Part shown: positions 1-12,439 of the stretch, piece after piece
How positions within the stretch are numbered: position 1 is the stretch's first letter
Layout of the letters: each line of letters opens with the position of its first letter
Assembly: GCA_028534125.1 (NCBI GenBank)
Contig: CM052832.1
Location: 23,748,001 to 23,812,000, forward strand
Length of the DNA stretch: 64,000 nt
Source: Lama glama
Lineage: Eukaryota
Direction: 5' to 3'
Made by a program: the position numbers and the translations under genes
Notes under the pieces: generated by a model
Told to the model about the DNA's origin: nothing
The model's database searches: none
Seen by the model: the letters and a program-made list of their open reading frames with translations, nothing else

Positions 1-764
1 GTTTTTAACAGTGCCTGGTATATGAGGTGCTCAATAAACATTAGCCATAAAAGTAACAGCCAAGATTACTATAATCACAGAAACGTAAGGGAATTTTCAA
101 GATGTCAGTGAAATCAAGGCTTCTTCTAGAGTCTTTTTTGTTTACATTTACGTAACAACCTAACGCTGAATCATGCTGGCGGAATTCCAGCCCGTATTGT
201 TCTGCTCAGCCGATGACCACCTCCTCACCTCCACAACTTCCATGATCACCGTTGTACCTCCCCCCAGAGACAGATGCCACAGCTGGCCATGAGTACTGGG
301 GGTATTACAAGTGCTAGCACTTAAGAGCAGGAGCAGGGTGCACACACGTATAGTTGTCAGAACTCTTACTGCCAGTTCAAGATGGGATAATGACAGGTAT
401 TACTAAACGGAGGCTTCAAGGCAGGTAAGTCACTAAACCCAGCATCCACAGCCCTAGACACCAGGAAAGCTAGGCACGGGGCACCGACAGGGACGGCGTC
501 CACGCCCGAAGCCTCTCACTGTCATGACTTAACAGTTCATGAAATGCTTAATCTTTAAAATGTATACTGAAGAGGGGTCTACACCATAATTGAAAACACT
601 CAAACTTTTATTGAATAAACTATTACCATCTGTTATATGCCATGAAGAACCAACATCTTAAAAAATACTGTATCAAATGGTGTAAGTTATGAATTATACT
701 GATTACTATACTTAAAAATTATTTTCATAAGTACACAGTAGATCAAGCTAAGAAAAGAACTTAC

Positions 765-904
765 GTTGTAATGCTAACATTTGAGGACGGAATCACTAAA
801 ACACGACTTGGTGCGATAAGCACTGATGTGTCACATGTCACCACTCGAAGCCCTAGCAGGAACTTCCCTGGGGTAGCTCCACCTGCTCCCCAAATGCAAA
901 TTAT
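765..904 (-). CDS. FAM8A1: FAM8A1 coding exon 4 (final exon lies outside the window, left of position 1)
   Basis: ttccttag|ATA ATT TGC... encodes IICIWGAGGATPGKFLLGLRVVTCDTSVLIAPSRVLVIPSSNVSIT(T), ending AC|gtaagt. 140 nt. Confidence 0.96.
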
Positions 905-1400
905 CTAAGGAAAGAAGGATAATTTTAAAATAATTTACTGGCGCAAATACACCAATTTTAAAGGTAAATTTTCCTGCCATATGATTCATGTTTCAAAATT
1001 TTCAGGTTGAAACAATTTCATAGCATACTCAAAGGTTTACCTTTTAATGCATTTCTGCAGGTGTCTATCATTTTCAATACCACAAGATGTCTACAGTAAT
1101 ATTTCTCTATGACTCATTACATTTTTTAGCAAGTTGTTTCTATGGAAAAATCCATTTCAAGTTCCACAACCAATTTACAAGTATATTTTTGGACAACAAG
1201 ACTCAAATGCCTTACAAAGAAATTGTGAAGCATCTCCACTCAGAAAGTTTTAACTTGAAAAGTATTATGTTAAAACTTGGAAGAAATAGACATTTGATAA
1301 AATGTTACATGATTATAAATTTACATTACTTTTTTGTCTTGGGCTGATAATCTAAAATTAGATTGTTAAACATTAGTATTTGCTCAAGTCAGCAGCTTAC

Positions 1401-1524
1401 CTCATAGAAACAAACTAATAATCTGTATATAAGAGCCACAACCATCATTTTCTGCAAGTCTTCCATTGATGTGTCTTCATCTATTTCTTCTATTATATAA
1501 TGCATAGCAAACTTAGAGATATCC
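1401..1524 (-). CDS. FAM8A1: FAM8A1 coding exon 3
   Basis: gtgtag|G GAT ATC... encodes DISKFAMHYIIEEIDEDTSMEDLQKMMVVALIYRLLVCFYE, ending GAG|gtaagc. 124 nt, frame consistent. Confidence 0.96.
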
Positions 1525-1664
1525 CTACACAAAACAAAGTTTTGGTTTATAAAGAATTAGTTACCAGAGCAGATGCACTGATTTTTTCCCCATTATTGTA
1601 AATCTAAACTTTAACTGAAATCCTAAACTAATTTTTACATTTCCAACCATCTAGTTTTGCAGAG

Positions 1665-2400
1665 CATTCATTAGCTTATTCAACAAATAAGCAGCACTAT
1701 CATGAGCAGGCACTGTACCAGCCCTGGGGACACAAGGGTAAGTGAATTCAACATGGTGTCTGCTGTCCTGGAGATACTAACCAAGCAGGGAAAGCAGAGT
1801 AAATAATAACGAAGTGGGATAAGGGCTGTAACAGGGAACTGTAAGGTACTTGGAAACACACCAGGCACACCTAACTTCCTGAAGGCTTCTCAGAAATGAC
1901 ATTTAAGTGGAGATCTGAAGGATGAAGAGAAGTTAGCCAGACTAAGAAGGGAGAAATTCTAGAGAGAGGGACTAATGAAAGCCTTAAACCAGGACTGTGA
2001 TGGAAGCTGCAAGCAGCTGAGGCTCAAATAGTGTGAGAGGTGACAGTGATTAAGAAATAAGGGGATCTGTTAAAACACATGAAGACATTTAAGACTTGTC
2101 CTCATAGCAGTGAGAAACTATTGAAGGGTTTTAAGGCAAGAGAGTGGCAGAATCAGAATTTATGATCTCTTTGGTTTTACGTCAGAGACTAAATTCAGAT
2201 AACCCAGGAGACAGGAGACTGAGATACCAGTTAGAAGCCTTGTGTTGTAATCCAAGCAAGTGATGACTGGACTAGGGAGAAGAAATGATGGAAAATGGAA
2301 TTCTGACAGTGAAGAGGAAATGGTATGGACTGAAGGTTGTTCAGGAGATTGAACAGAAAGAAACTGATACTTGCCTGGATGTGCAGGGAGTAAGGGAGGG
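1665..2400. mobile_element. Degenerate L2 LINE fragment in FAM8A1 intron 2
   Basis: cattcattagcttattcaacaaataagcagcact...aggcactgtacc...ggggacacaagggtaag, a typical L2 3'-end pattern followed by purine-rich L2-like body. Confidence 0.55.
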
Positions 2401-2419
2401 AGAGACAGGGAAGGGCAAG

Positions 2420-2635
2420 GGGCCTGAAATTAGACTACCAGTGTTTGAACTTGACTTCACTTCACTTACTACTCTAACTCTGCAAATTCTGGGCTTAACT
2501 TCTTTCCTGTAAGCACAAACTTCAATCTCTATAAAATGGAGGTATTAACCTCTACTTAATAATGGTGGCAAGATTAAGTAAGAATCCCTAGAGCTGAGCA
2601 CGTAGAAAGCGCTTAGCAAGTGATAACTGCTATTA
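2420..2635. mobile_element. MIR SINE fragment
   Basis: MIR core-like ttcaatctctataaaatggaggtattaacctctacttaat...aagattaag...cacgtagaaagcgcttagcaagtgataactgctatta. Confidence 0.55.
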
Positions 2636-3164
2636 AGCTGAAAGGAAGCTTATTCAAGTAAGTGGCTCACTTTGCAGGTCACTTGGAACTTGCCTGATAG
2701 TGTAAGCAACCCTATTTGGAAATGCCACCTAGCTGATTATTAACAGTTCATATACTAAAAACTCTTCATGTTTTTGTCTTCAGACACTTCACTCTGAACA
2801 CAATTCTAAGAGGGAAATTAGTAACTGGCCCAAGAAAATAGTGAATAAAATTAAACCAGGTTTGGAAATTCCTTTTACCTACTTTTTTTTTTTTTGGTGC
2901 TGAAACCGGGAACTAATTTTAACTACTTTTGATAGGTGAAATTCTCCCACATCTTGCAGAATTTATTAAGTGTTTTTCTCTCTTTTGTAGTTATTTCTTA
3001 AAACCAACAAGAAAACAAAGCTGACAAAGCCCTTATAAAGAAATTGTTGACAATGGCACACAGATTATCCATAAAGGCACTTGCAAGGCATGAAAAGAAC
3101 TTAACAAAGCAAGGATCTCTAGATAGCAGACATTAAAACCTTTCTGCAAATGGCCTTAACTTAC

Positions 3165-3285
3165 TTTATTCCACTGAGGTGCATAATCGTTAAGACAATG
3201 GTTGCTTTTATAAAGAAGAGAATAAAGAAATCCACCATCTCTGCCATAAATCTGTGGGCCAACGATGGTATAACATACTCTCTGC
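3165..3285 (-). CDS. FAM8A1: FAM8A1 coding exon 2 (start of RDD-like membrane domain)
   Basis: tttacag|GC AGA GAG TAT... encodes (G)REYVIPSLAHRFMAEMVDFFILFFIKATIVLTIMHLSGI(K), ending AA|gtaagt. 121 nt. Confidence 0.96.
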
Positions 3286-4401
3286 CTGTAAATTAAAAAA
3301 AAAAATTAGGAAAACTAATTGCTCATAGTCCTTGGAACTCAAGCTAGGTAATGAATGGGGAATATAAAGTCAAGGTACAACTTACTGTACCTTTGCAACT
3401 GTAACTTTGCAACAAATATTGGTATTGACTCCAATATATGTTAAAATACAACACCATTTCACTATTTACTGGGCAGTTTAAAGTTTGTTTTTACCCTCTT
3501 CACGTTTAAAAATAATTTCACAGATAAATTGTCTAAGGTACTCAATACATTTCACTGGGGATTCAAATGAGAATTCAGGTGATTACAAGCTTATGACAAA
3601 AACAGTTTTTAGCAAAATATCAATAGACAATTAGAACAGTCATTTGTTCTGTGCTCTTCATCTCAGCCCTTACTCATTTAGTTTGTCTTGCTTTCTATGT
3701 AACAAATCTAATGATTATCAAGCTGCCATCCTAAATTCTGAATCAAATTCAGGCAACTAGGTCTTGTCCCATATTACCTGTGCCTGAATAAAATAGTCTA
3801 AATAATAGTAAGTGTAAATAATTCAAAATATTCTAATTCCCATACAAAAGTAAACAAGAAGATTAAGCCAGAGCCCAAAGGTTCAAAACTCCGTTTGAAT
3901 TCATGTAAATCTCCTTTTACAACCGTCAACTCCTTTGTCCCTAATATATAATACATAACAATTATACTCACACACACACACTACATTTTACCCATGTTAT
4001 ATCTCCTGTAATATATATAATTAATCCACGTTTGGATTATTTCCAGCATTACCAGTCAAAACTTGCCCTCCTCCCAAAGTGGGTTCGTCTAAGAATTAAG
4101 ATTTGAATCTCACTTCAGAGCGTGGAGACAGAGTAAGAGGATGGTTTGAGGGGCAAAGATTTTTTTACACGTGGAAACAACTAGTCCTGGGAGTAAGGGA
4201 ATCAATTCGGAGCGCCAGGTCTAAGGGAAGAAGGAACTATAGCTTCGCTTCAGTTCACTAAATTTACTTTGGGAATTTAAGGCCTTAGCCAACGACAGCT
4301 GATCCACGCGGAGAAACCCCACTGCGAGCAGCAGCAGCAGTTACAGCGGTGAACAGCCTGCCTGCTCGACCCCCAGCTCGTTCCCTGAAGGGCCTTCTCA
4401 C

Positions 4402-5080
4402 CTGCCTGCCGCCCGGTCTCGCTCGGGGCTCGCGAAACGGCCGCAGATCCTCCCCTCGTTCCTGGGGCGGCCCGGGACGAAGGCTGCACGTGAGGGGCGC
4501 GGGCTCCCAGGCCGGCGACCGGAGCCGGGGTGGTGACGCCGGCGGCCGCCCCCGGCTCAGGCCCAGGAGCTGCGGCGCTCAGGAAATAGAAGGGGTTGTA
4601 ATAGCCCAGCTGGAGGGGCGGCGAAGCCGCGGCCTGGGGGGCGGCGGCGCCGGCGCCCGAGAGGTAGCCGAGAGGTGGCGCGGGCGGCTGGGGGCTGCAG
4701 TAGGCGGGGAAGGCGGCCAGGCCGCTGTGCCAGGTGAGGTAGCCGCAGTAAGACTGCCACAGCCACTCGTGCACCTGCCGGGAGTACTCGCGGGCGCTCA
4801 GCCGCGCTGGCCTCTCGCACGGAGACGCGGCCTCTGGCGCCTCGCAGCCAGCCGGCGCCTGCAGCCCCGCGCCGGAGCCGGAGCCCGCTTCCCCGCATTT
4901 CCCGGGCTCGCGCCGGGGCTCCGACTCCTCAGCGGCCGGGGATTCGGCCTGCGGCTCGTCCCGGGGGCGTGGGGCGGCGGCGGCAGGAAGGCCTCTCAGG
5001 GAAGGGACAGGCTCGTGGTCCCCTCCGCCGCCGTCCTGCCCGGGAGGGCGGCCTCGGGTTTCCTCCGGCCCCTCTGCCAT
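4402..5080 (-). CDS. FAM8A1: FAM8A1 coding exon 1 (HRD1/SYVN1 ERAD complex partner; Pro/Ala-rich N-terminus)
   Basis: ORF MAEGPEETRG...RLSAREYSRQVHEWLWQSYCGYLTWHSGLAAFPAYCSPQ...QLGYYNPFYFLS...SETGRQAG matches FAM8A1 as recalled. Donor G|gtgaga at 4401. 679 nt, phase 1, fits exon 2. Confidence 0.96.
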
Positions 5081-5196
5081 CGTCGCCTCAGCAGCACCCT
5101 CGGAGGTTCTGTCACTGCGCTGTCTCCCTCCCCCACTAGCCCCTCCCCAGCGGTCCCGTCGCCACCGCAGCAGCCGCAGGCGTCAACAATCCGCCA

Positions 5197-5262
5197 CCGG
5201 AAGCGGAAGCCCCTCCCCTCGTCGGCGTCGGGGCGGGGCAAGGAGGTGAGGCCTGGAAGTGG
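5197..5262. promoter_or_regulatory. FAM8A1 proximal promoter motifs: tandem ETS/GABP sites, GC box
   Basis: CCGGAAGCGGAAGC at 5197-5210, GGGGCGGGG (Sp/KLF) at 5230-5238 and a further GGAAGT near 5255, about 120-180 bp upstream of the ATG. No TATA box seen. Confidence 0.65.
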
Positions 5263-7686
5263 GGCTGAGTGTTACAGCTTCGGCTCGGGGGCCCGCGGCT
5301 CCTCCGTTCTTACCGATTGTTGGGTGCAGACTGTCACTGCCGCCTCTCCCCGTCCCTCCTCCACCCCCTACCTCGTGCAGTTTTAATGAAGTTTCAGGCC
5401 CGAGGCTCCTCCAGATAATCCGTGGATTCAGGCTGTCCCTGGAGAAACAGATGATGGAGGAAGAGGGTTTCCCAGAGAGGTCCCAGGGGTCAGCACCGCC
5501 TTTTCTATTACGGAGCCGCGACTGTTTTGGTCTCTAGGCACAGGGCTTGTTGCTTATTTCCGCCTGCATTCATTCCAATTAACTGGTCCTCGCCCATTTG
5601 TACTCAAGATGATACAAGAGATACACCCTTAGAGGATAAGAAATGAATAATCAAGCTCAACTGGAACTATCAAGATGGTATGACTCAGCTGCAGAGATAC
5701 TCACTGTAAGAGAAAAGAATGATTATGCTGATTTAAGAGTTAGATTGTCGTTATCCTGAAGCCAACCTGTGTGCATAAAATCTAACTTTCCACTGCTGCA
5801 GATAAGCTTACTAACACTAACAAAACTGCCTTTCCTCAGACCCATCGTCTCAACCTTTGGTGCCTGCCTTTTCCTTTATTTTCTGTTACGGCAAGCACCT
5901 GTTTACATCCCAGGGTTTTGGAGCGTTCTCTGTGTATCCTAGCCCAGGTATGATTTCCTCTTCCACTGAACAATATATATAGCACCTTACGTATTTCTAT
6001 TTTAACATACCTACCTAAGTCCTTATAAGCGATAGGAATGGCTGTGTCCCCAGTACAATACAGAAGATGCACAGGGACAAGTACTGTGGGTATACTTATT
6101 AATAATGATGTCCCAAATCATTCTTGACTTTGCTCTAGGGAGACTTAAAAGGTGTAACTTTTGCCCTTAAGAAGCTAATGATTTGGTTAAAGGGAAAAAT
6201 TTTCATGAAACACTTGACCTACTTAAGACCATATCAGTATAATATGAATCCAAAATAAGGTAAAGATCATGTGGCCTACAGCTAGAAAATCTACCCTTAC
6301 AAATGTGGTTTTAAAAATCAACTGAGGAAGTTGTAACGTTTAAACAAACATGCATTCCAAGTTTGGGTGGAGGCGGCAGGAGAAGCAGGAAGAAATGAAG
6401 ATAGCACAAAATGAGTGTGAAACCTCGTGGTTATTGGACATATGGACTTTGTTTTCCGTGCCACCGATTAGGTAGCACCTGGCACAGTGTCACTCATGTA
6501 GTAGACATTTATATGAATCAGGACTCTTGGTTGCAATCGTCAGAAATCCAGTTGTAACTGATTTAAGGGAGAAAAGTAAGTGAATTTATTGACTTGCATA
6601 AAAAGTTCATAGTAGTTTAGGTTTCAAGGATATCTAGTTACGGATAATCAAACAATAGCTTCAGGAATCATCTGTTTTTCTCTAACTTTGCTTTTGAGAA
6701 AGTAAGAGTGCTTCTGTTTCAGTGATTAAAAAAACTAATTCTAACTGGCTTAAGCAAAAAGTTTTGTTGCCTTAAGTAACCAACAAATTCAGAGGTTCTA
6801 CATAATATAATAAGGTTCAACAGTACATCTAAAAGGCATTCCAAAGGAGAGAAAAAAAGATGGCCAATAATTTTCTATTGAAGAAAAATGACTCTTTAGA
6901 TTGAGGAAGCACATCAAGTCTTGGGAAAATAACACATACATATAATGTAACATATACATGATGAATTTAAGCAAAGAGAAAAATGATGTTAATAGCAGCA
7001 GTTAAAACATAGCCTATCTAGAAAGAACTGACATTTAGACTGGAAGCCAAATTATCAGAAGTGAAAAGTAGTCTGAAGATAGTGGAATATATATAGTTCA
7101 AAGGGAAACTATGGACAACCTGGACCGTTATAACCAAGTAAATCATCACTCAAGAATGAGGATGTAATGCACCACTGCCAATCCAAGCAATATTCTGATC
7201 CCTTCCCATCATGTTCAGCGAAAGACTGAAATCTCAGGGATATAAAGAGAAGTATTCATGAGTCAAAGACATAAGTGGATTCTAGAAAGATGGCAATACA
7301 TGAGTTTTGAATCTCCATGAATCACTACATAAAAACAGACTATATAGTGAAACCAAGGATGTATGTGACAATGTTTACAACAAAATTAGATAACAGATTA
7401 ACTCTACAAACCCCCAAATACAAGAGGGTGGGATCAAACCACAAACAGAAAGTTGTATAGTGTCAGTGCTGGAAAAAACAAGATCATAACTCTCAAGACA
7501 TTAAGAAAAGTATGTAAGACATGAAAGAGCAAAATAAATCAGAATAAGAAAAACTCAGAAATAAACAACTTGGGAAAGAATGAGAATTAAGACAAAAAGT
7601 GGTTTCAGAAAATACTAAACCAGAAGGAACACAGGAGTAAACGAACAACAGATGGTGCCCAAGAGAACAAGAATTTGAAAATGAGA

Positions 7687-7822
7687 TTTTATTTTATTTT
7701 TAAAGTGGGAGTGGTAATTTTTTAGGTTTATTTATTAAATTTTTAAACAGGGTACTGGGGATTGAACCCAGTACCTTGTGCATGCTAGGTATGCACTCTG
7801 TCACTGAGCTATACCCACCCCC
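7687..7822 (-). mobile_element. tRNA-Ala-derived SINE (camelid Vic-1-like)
   Basis: Reverse complement GGGGGTGGGTATAGCTCAGTGACAGAGTGCATACCTAGCATGCACAAGGTACTGGGTTCAATCCCCAGTACC...AATAAATAAACCTAA, with Pol III A/B boxes and A-rich tail. Confidence 0.85.
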
Positions 7823-8489
7823 TGGAAATAAGCTTTCAAATAAAGAAATATAGAAAGAGGTAGAAATGATTGAGAAAAGATAAATATTGAAGATAGGTAA
7901 AGAAGATCCAATGTATGGTCAAAGAGTTTCTGATAAAGAAACCAAAACTAGCTAACAGAACAAATACAACACATTTTCCTGGAATAGAATATACATATTC
8001 TATTTATATAGGTTCATGTACATATTCATATGTGTATTTGAAACCTCATACTGAAAGAGTATACTGGTATACCTGAAAACACTGAGAATGGACAATGTAT
8101 TCTAGTAAAATTACTAGACTTTATGTTTGAAAGAATGTAAAGTGAAAAATGGTCATTGGCCAAAAAAATAATTTATGAGAGAAAATTGGATTACCATAAC
8201 ACTTCAACATTAACACTTCACGTGAGGAGAAAATGGTGAAACATTTAAAATAGTCAAAGAAAGAAAACAAGAACCAAGAACTCTGAATCCAGCAAAACTG
8301 GCTTTCAAGCAGAAAAGCATATTGTTCGCAAAATGGAAGAACTCAGAATGTTTGTTACTCATTTGAGTTCTTCCTGAGAAATCTACTAGAGAATGAGGCT
8401 TGGCAACCAAAATTACTGCCAGTGACAGAAGGACAGTTAGTGATTTTAAATGTTACATCTAGAATGAAGACTAAATGAGGGTTTCTTTC

Positions 8490-9180
8490 AGTCAAGTTCC
8501 AGTCAAGAGACAGAAACTACACAGTAACTTGAACAGAGAATATTTACTATGAAGAATTATTAATGGAATCGGAATCAAGGGGGGGCTGACTAGTAAAAGG
8601 CAAAGAGAACGCCTACCATATAGGAACAATAGATACAGGGAGCGGCCACCACTCCTAGAACTGAAATAGAGTGACCAAGAAACACGTCCCCCCATCTCCT
8701 TGTTGGAGAGGGCATGACTGGCTCACTGCTGTGGCCTCAGTGGAACTTGCTAGAAACCCTCTCTCTGGAGTTCTTGGAGAAACCATCCATCCACAGGGAG
8801 GTGCCTTCAGCAGAATTCACTGCAGAGTGCCCAGAGAAGCCACCTCCAGGAAGGTGCTTTGCCAGCAGCACACCACTCTGAAGCCACCCAAAAAGCAGTG
8901 TGCTGGGGGACGCTGTTGTGGGAAGTCGCCGCTTGTTGTTGGCTGCTGGGTGCTGCTGAAAGGAACCATACACTCTGCAGGAGCCCAAGGAGGTAAGTGT
9001 ATAGGCGTGAGAGAATCAGGAAGAGAAGCTTCTTCCTCCTCCAGTGCCTCCCCCTGCAGCCCAACAGTGTCCTCTACTGACAAAGACTAACAAACCAGCT
9101 GGCTTGGGAGACGCATTTACAGAGCTCATCTCCATTACTGCACAGCAAGCAAAGATTTCGGAGCTGAGAGTCAAAGAGTA
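8490..9180. mobile_element. Ancient LTR-class (ERVL/MaLR-like) relic
   Basis: Starts cagtcaagttccagtcaagagacagaaactacacagtaacttgaacagagaatatttactatgaagaattattaa, resembling old ERVL-type LTR ends. Family uncertain. Confidence 0.4.
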
Positions 9181-9419
9181 TAATCTGAGATGGATTTATA
9201 TGCTGAACATTAGTACAAAGTGACTACAAAGCAGGAGGGGGCTCTGAGGAGATCATCAGCAAAAAATTTTACACTTTTCAGTGTATTGACGGTGCTAATA
9301 TTACTATTATTATTTTGAGAATGCAAGTGTAATGTGGGGTAAAACAAGTAATTATCATTAGTCTGAATGCTCTAATTTCCTGCATCTTTTCAGTAGCAAT
9401 GATCATCCTTATCACCTTG

Positions 9420-9970
9420 TCCGTGGTCTTGAAATACCAAGTCCCACTAAAGGAAACAAGAACTTCTTGGAGAAATGGATGATTCTAGGTCTGGGTCAGG
9501 AAATACATAGAATGAACATAAAATACCTTGTCATACTAAGAGCAGAGGAACTATTAAAGACTTCTAGGGTCATCTCCAAAGGACCCCGGAGCCAACCTGA
9601 AGAGGCTCCCCACTGGCCAAAGATGGGACAACTTGAGTTTCAATAAGGGTAACAGGGACTGAAACACATTAAATATGTTTAAATACATAAATTCATAATA
9701 ATGTATTACCAAATGGATTAAACCCGAGTCTAATCAAGCCTCTGGAGCCAAGTGCCAGTTTACAGGAAACAGAGGACAAACATGCATATTGAAATGACCA
9801 TGAGTATGCAATCTGCAAAATCCAGACTCTGGGGAACCCTACAAGTCAAACAGCTGAGTTCAATACATAAATTGTAAGATAAAGAATGGAGAAAACCATT
9901 AGATTAAAGGAGACTTTAAAGACGTCAAATTAAAGAGCAAGACTAAATTATAGTGTCTAGAGATACGCTT
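9420..9970 (+). mobile_element. Old L1 (L1MC/MD-like) 3' region fragment
   Basis: ttcttggagaaatggatgattctaggtctgggtcaggaaatac...gaagaggctcccactggccaaagatgggacaa-type motifs recalled from L1MC/MD 3' UTRs. Confidence 0.55.
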
Positions 9971-9989
9971 AAAAGAAATTTTAAAAAGT

Positions 9990-11045
9990 GTTGGCTATTG
10001 GAGTGATAGGACCATGAGCTCGTGTCTCTCGTGACAATAAAACCACAACTGACAGCTAAACAACCACTGGGAAAAAAAAACAAAAGACTGGAACCTAGGA
10101 AAAAAGATCTTCAACTGGAAACATTAAAGAGGGAAACACAGTGGGACAGTAGGAGGAGCGGGCTCACGATATAATCAGGCCCCATACTGCCCCAGGTGGG
10201 CAACCCACAAGCTGAAGAATAATTAAGTCACAGAGGCTCTCCCACAGGAGTGGGAGTTCTGAGCCCTATGTCAGTCTCCCCAGCCCGAGGTTCCAGCATC
10301 GGGAGGAGGATACCCCGGGCAGGGCCAGTGAGGCTTAACTCTAGGAGCCTCATGGGATTGGGTGAAACAGACTTCATTCTCTTGGGAAGGGTACACAGAA
10401 TCCTACATGTGCCAGGTCCAAGGGCAGAGGCAGTGATTTCATAGGAACCTGAGCCAGACCTGCCTGCTGGTTTTGGAAGGTCTCCTGGGGAGGTAGGGGA
10501 TGGCTGTGGCTCACCCAGGGAACATAAAAGCTGGTGGTAGTCATCTATGTGAGCTTTCCTGGAGACTGACATCTTGATTGGATCATTAGCACCTTGACCT
10601 AGGCCCCCACCCAACAGCCTGTAGGCTTAAAGGGCTGGGAAGCCTCAGGGCAAACAACATACTGGGAGGGAACACAGCCCCACCCATCAGCCAACTTCCT
10701 GAGCCACAGAGGCCCCCTAGACATGGCCCTACCCATCAGAGATCCAGGACCAAGCTTCGAAGTGGGCAGGCACCAACTCCTCCAGCCAGGAAACCTGCAT
10801 AAGCCTCTAGTCCAGCCTCATCCACCAGGGGGCAGATACCACAAATAAGAAAACAACAATCCCAAAGACAAACAACAAGGTCCTACTGTATAGCACAGGG
10901 AACTACATTCAGTATCTTATAATAACCTATAATGGAAAATAATACGAAAAGAATATATATATATATATACCTGAATCACACTGCTGTACATCAGAAATTA
11001 ACACAACATTGTAAATTAACTATACTTCAATTAAAAAAATTAAAA
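9990..11045 (+). mobile_element. Internally deleted cetartiodactyl-type L1 (5' UTR joined to 3' end)
   Basis: About 10000-10865 resembles an L1 5' UTR (gaggctctcccacaggagtgggagttctgagccc...). About 10868-11040 is the same 3' terminus seen at 17910-18060, 24705-24870 and 25985-26145. Confidence 0.7.
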
Positions 11046-11401
11046 GAGTAGAGAGGCATGGGGAAAGTCCTCAAAACAAAAGTGAAATCCATAAATACGA
11101 GTTGTCGAGAATAATACCGATGAGCATTTGACAATTAAAAGAACATAGTTGGATAGGTATAGAGAACACCGAACAAATTTTAAAAAGAAAGGCAGTCATT
11201 AATACCAGGAAAAGCAGGTACTACCCAGAAAGGGATCCATTTGGCATTGTTCTGAGTTCCCGTCATAATTCAAAAGGAAACTTTCACAATGTCCAGAACC
11301 CCTGATATCCTGCAAATGAAGGAGGAAATGTCCTTCATTTCCAAGTAGCAGGAACCTACCTCGGCGGCATCGACTTCAACTTCCAAATGAAACAGTACAT
11401 C

Positions 11402-11860
11402 TGTTACCAAACCAGGCTCATTTTGCAGGATGCTCAGCAAGCCGAAAGGTGGAGAAGCGGAGGTCTGCAGCCAAGAGAGGATATGGGAGGACAAACCTCA
11501 AATCGGACTCCCTGAAGGCAAGGGGCTCAGGGTATTTGTGGGATAAAGAATAAAGAAGCAGGGCAGTTTGAGTCCTGGGGACATGGGGAAAGGTGACTGG
11601 GGAAAAGGTGCCGTAATCGTCCTCCTGCGCAGGCGTAATAAGCTACAGGCCTCTTCCCGTTCAAATACGGAGGCGCTTTTAGCACGCTCTGAGGCGCATT
11701 TTCTGCCCTCTGACGTCAAAAGGTCACGGAGCAGACCCTGGCGCATACCCAGCTGGAAGGTGGGTGGTCCTAACCAGCGCGGAAGGAACTAGACACAGCT
11801 GACTCCAAGTTCCTGGAAAACAACTCAGTCAAACGTCTTACTTTTAGGCTTCGTGCCGCT
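11402..11860. mobile_element. LTR-like element (ERV1/MER-type, family uncertain)
   Basis: Begins tgttaccaaaccaggctcattttgc...; contains gaggatatgggaggacaaacctcaaatcggactccctgaag...gggtatttgtggg resembling MER-class LTRs. Confidence 0.45.
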
Positions 11861-12229
11861 TGGAGGACCTGCAATTAAAACAACCTTATTAGTGAAAGCA
11901 GGTGAAATGTATTTGATCAATGAATGCCCATGTTTTCATAGCCACAAAAAGAAAAGTGATGGCATCTACATCATACATCTTAAGAGAACTGGGGAGAAGT
12001 TTCTCCTGGCAGCTTTTGCTGTGGTTGCCATTGAAAACCTGGCTGATGTCAGTGTCACATGAAACACTCCAGGAATACTGGCCAGTGATCTGTGCTGAAG
12101 TTTACTGCTGCTGCAGTAAACAGTAACCTTGCTTCTAGGGAGCTGGAGGGGTCCTGGAATGCGGAAAGGTGGGGCAGAGTATTTCCATTTCTCTTTTATT
12201 GTTTGATTTTTTTAAACTCTATTTCTGGT

Positions 12230-12350
12230 GGGGGATGAGGGTACAGCTCAAGTGGTAGAGTGCTTAGCACACATAAGGTCCTGGGTTCAATCCCCAGTAC
12301 TGCTTCTAAAAATAAATAAACCTAATTACCTCTCCCTAAAAACCCCCCAA
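12230..12350 (+). mobile_element. tRNA-Ala-derived SINE (Vic-1-like)
   Basis: GGGTACAGCTCAAGTGGTAGAGTGCTTAGCACACATAAGGTCCTGGGTTCAATCCCCAGTAC...AAATAAATAAACCTAATTACCTC. Confidence 0.85.
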
Positions 12351-12439
12351 AACTATGTAATCTATTACTCTTAACGGCAAAGAAAGACAGAGAGGAAGGA
12401 AGAAAGGAAGGAAAGGGAAAGAAAAGGAAGAGAAAGTGA

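Larger units (their letters stand above)
4300..5420. promoter_or_regulatory. CpG island covering FAM8A1 promoter and exon 1
   Basis: Abrupt switch to very GC- and CpG-rich sequence against an AT-rich background, overlapping the first exon. Confidence 0.9.

Noticed and set aside
4277..4401. Continuation of the FAM8A1 ORF past RQAG (EKALQGTSW…)
   Set aside because: Read-through into intron 1; a good donor at 4401 splices in frame to exon 2.
4349..5386. 345-aa plus-strand ORF antisense to FAM8A1 exon 1, and overlapping ORFs 4557-4898, 4996-5241 and 5259-5537
   Set aside because: GTG start for the long ORF, low-complexity Gly/Arg/Pro content and no recognisable domain. Long open frames are expected in a stop-poor CpG island opposite a real exon.
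8671..9090. Four overlapping ORFs on both strands
   Set aside because: They lie in an old LTR-like relic, show no homology I recognise, and lack exon structure.
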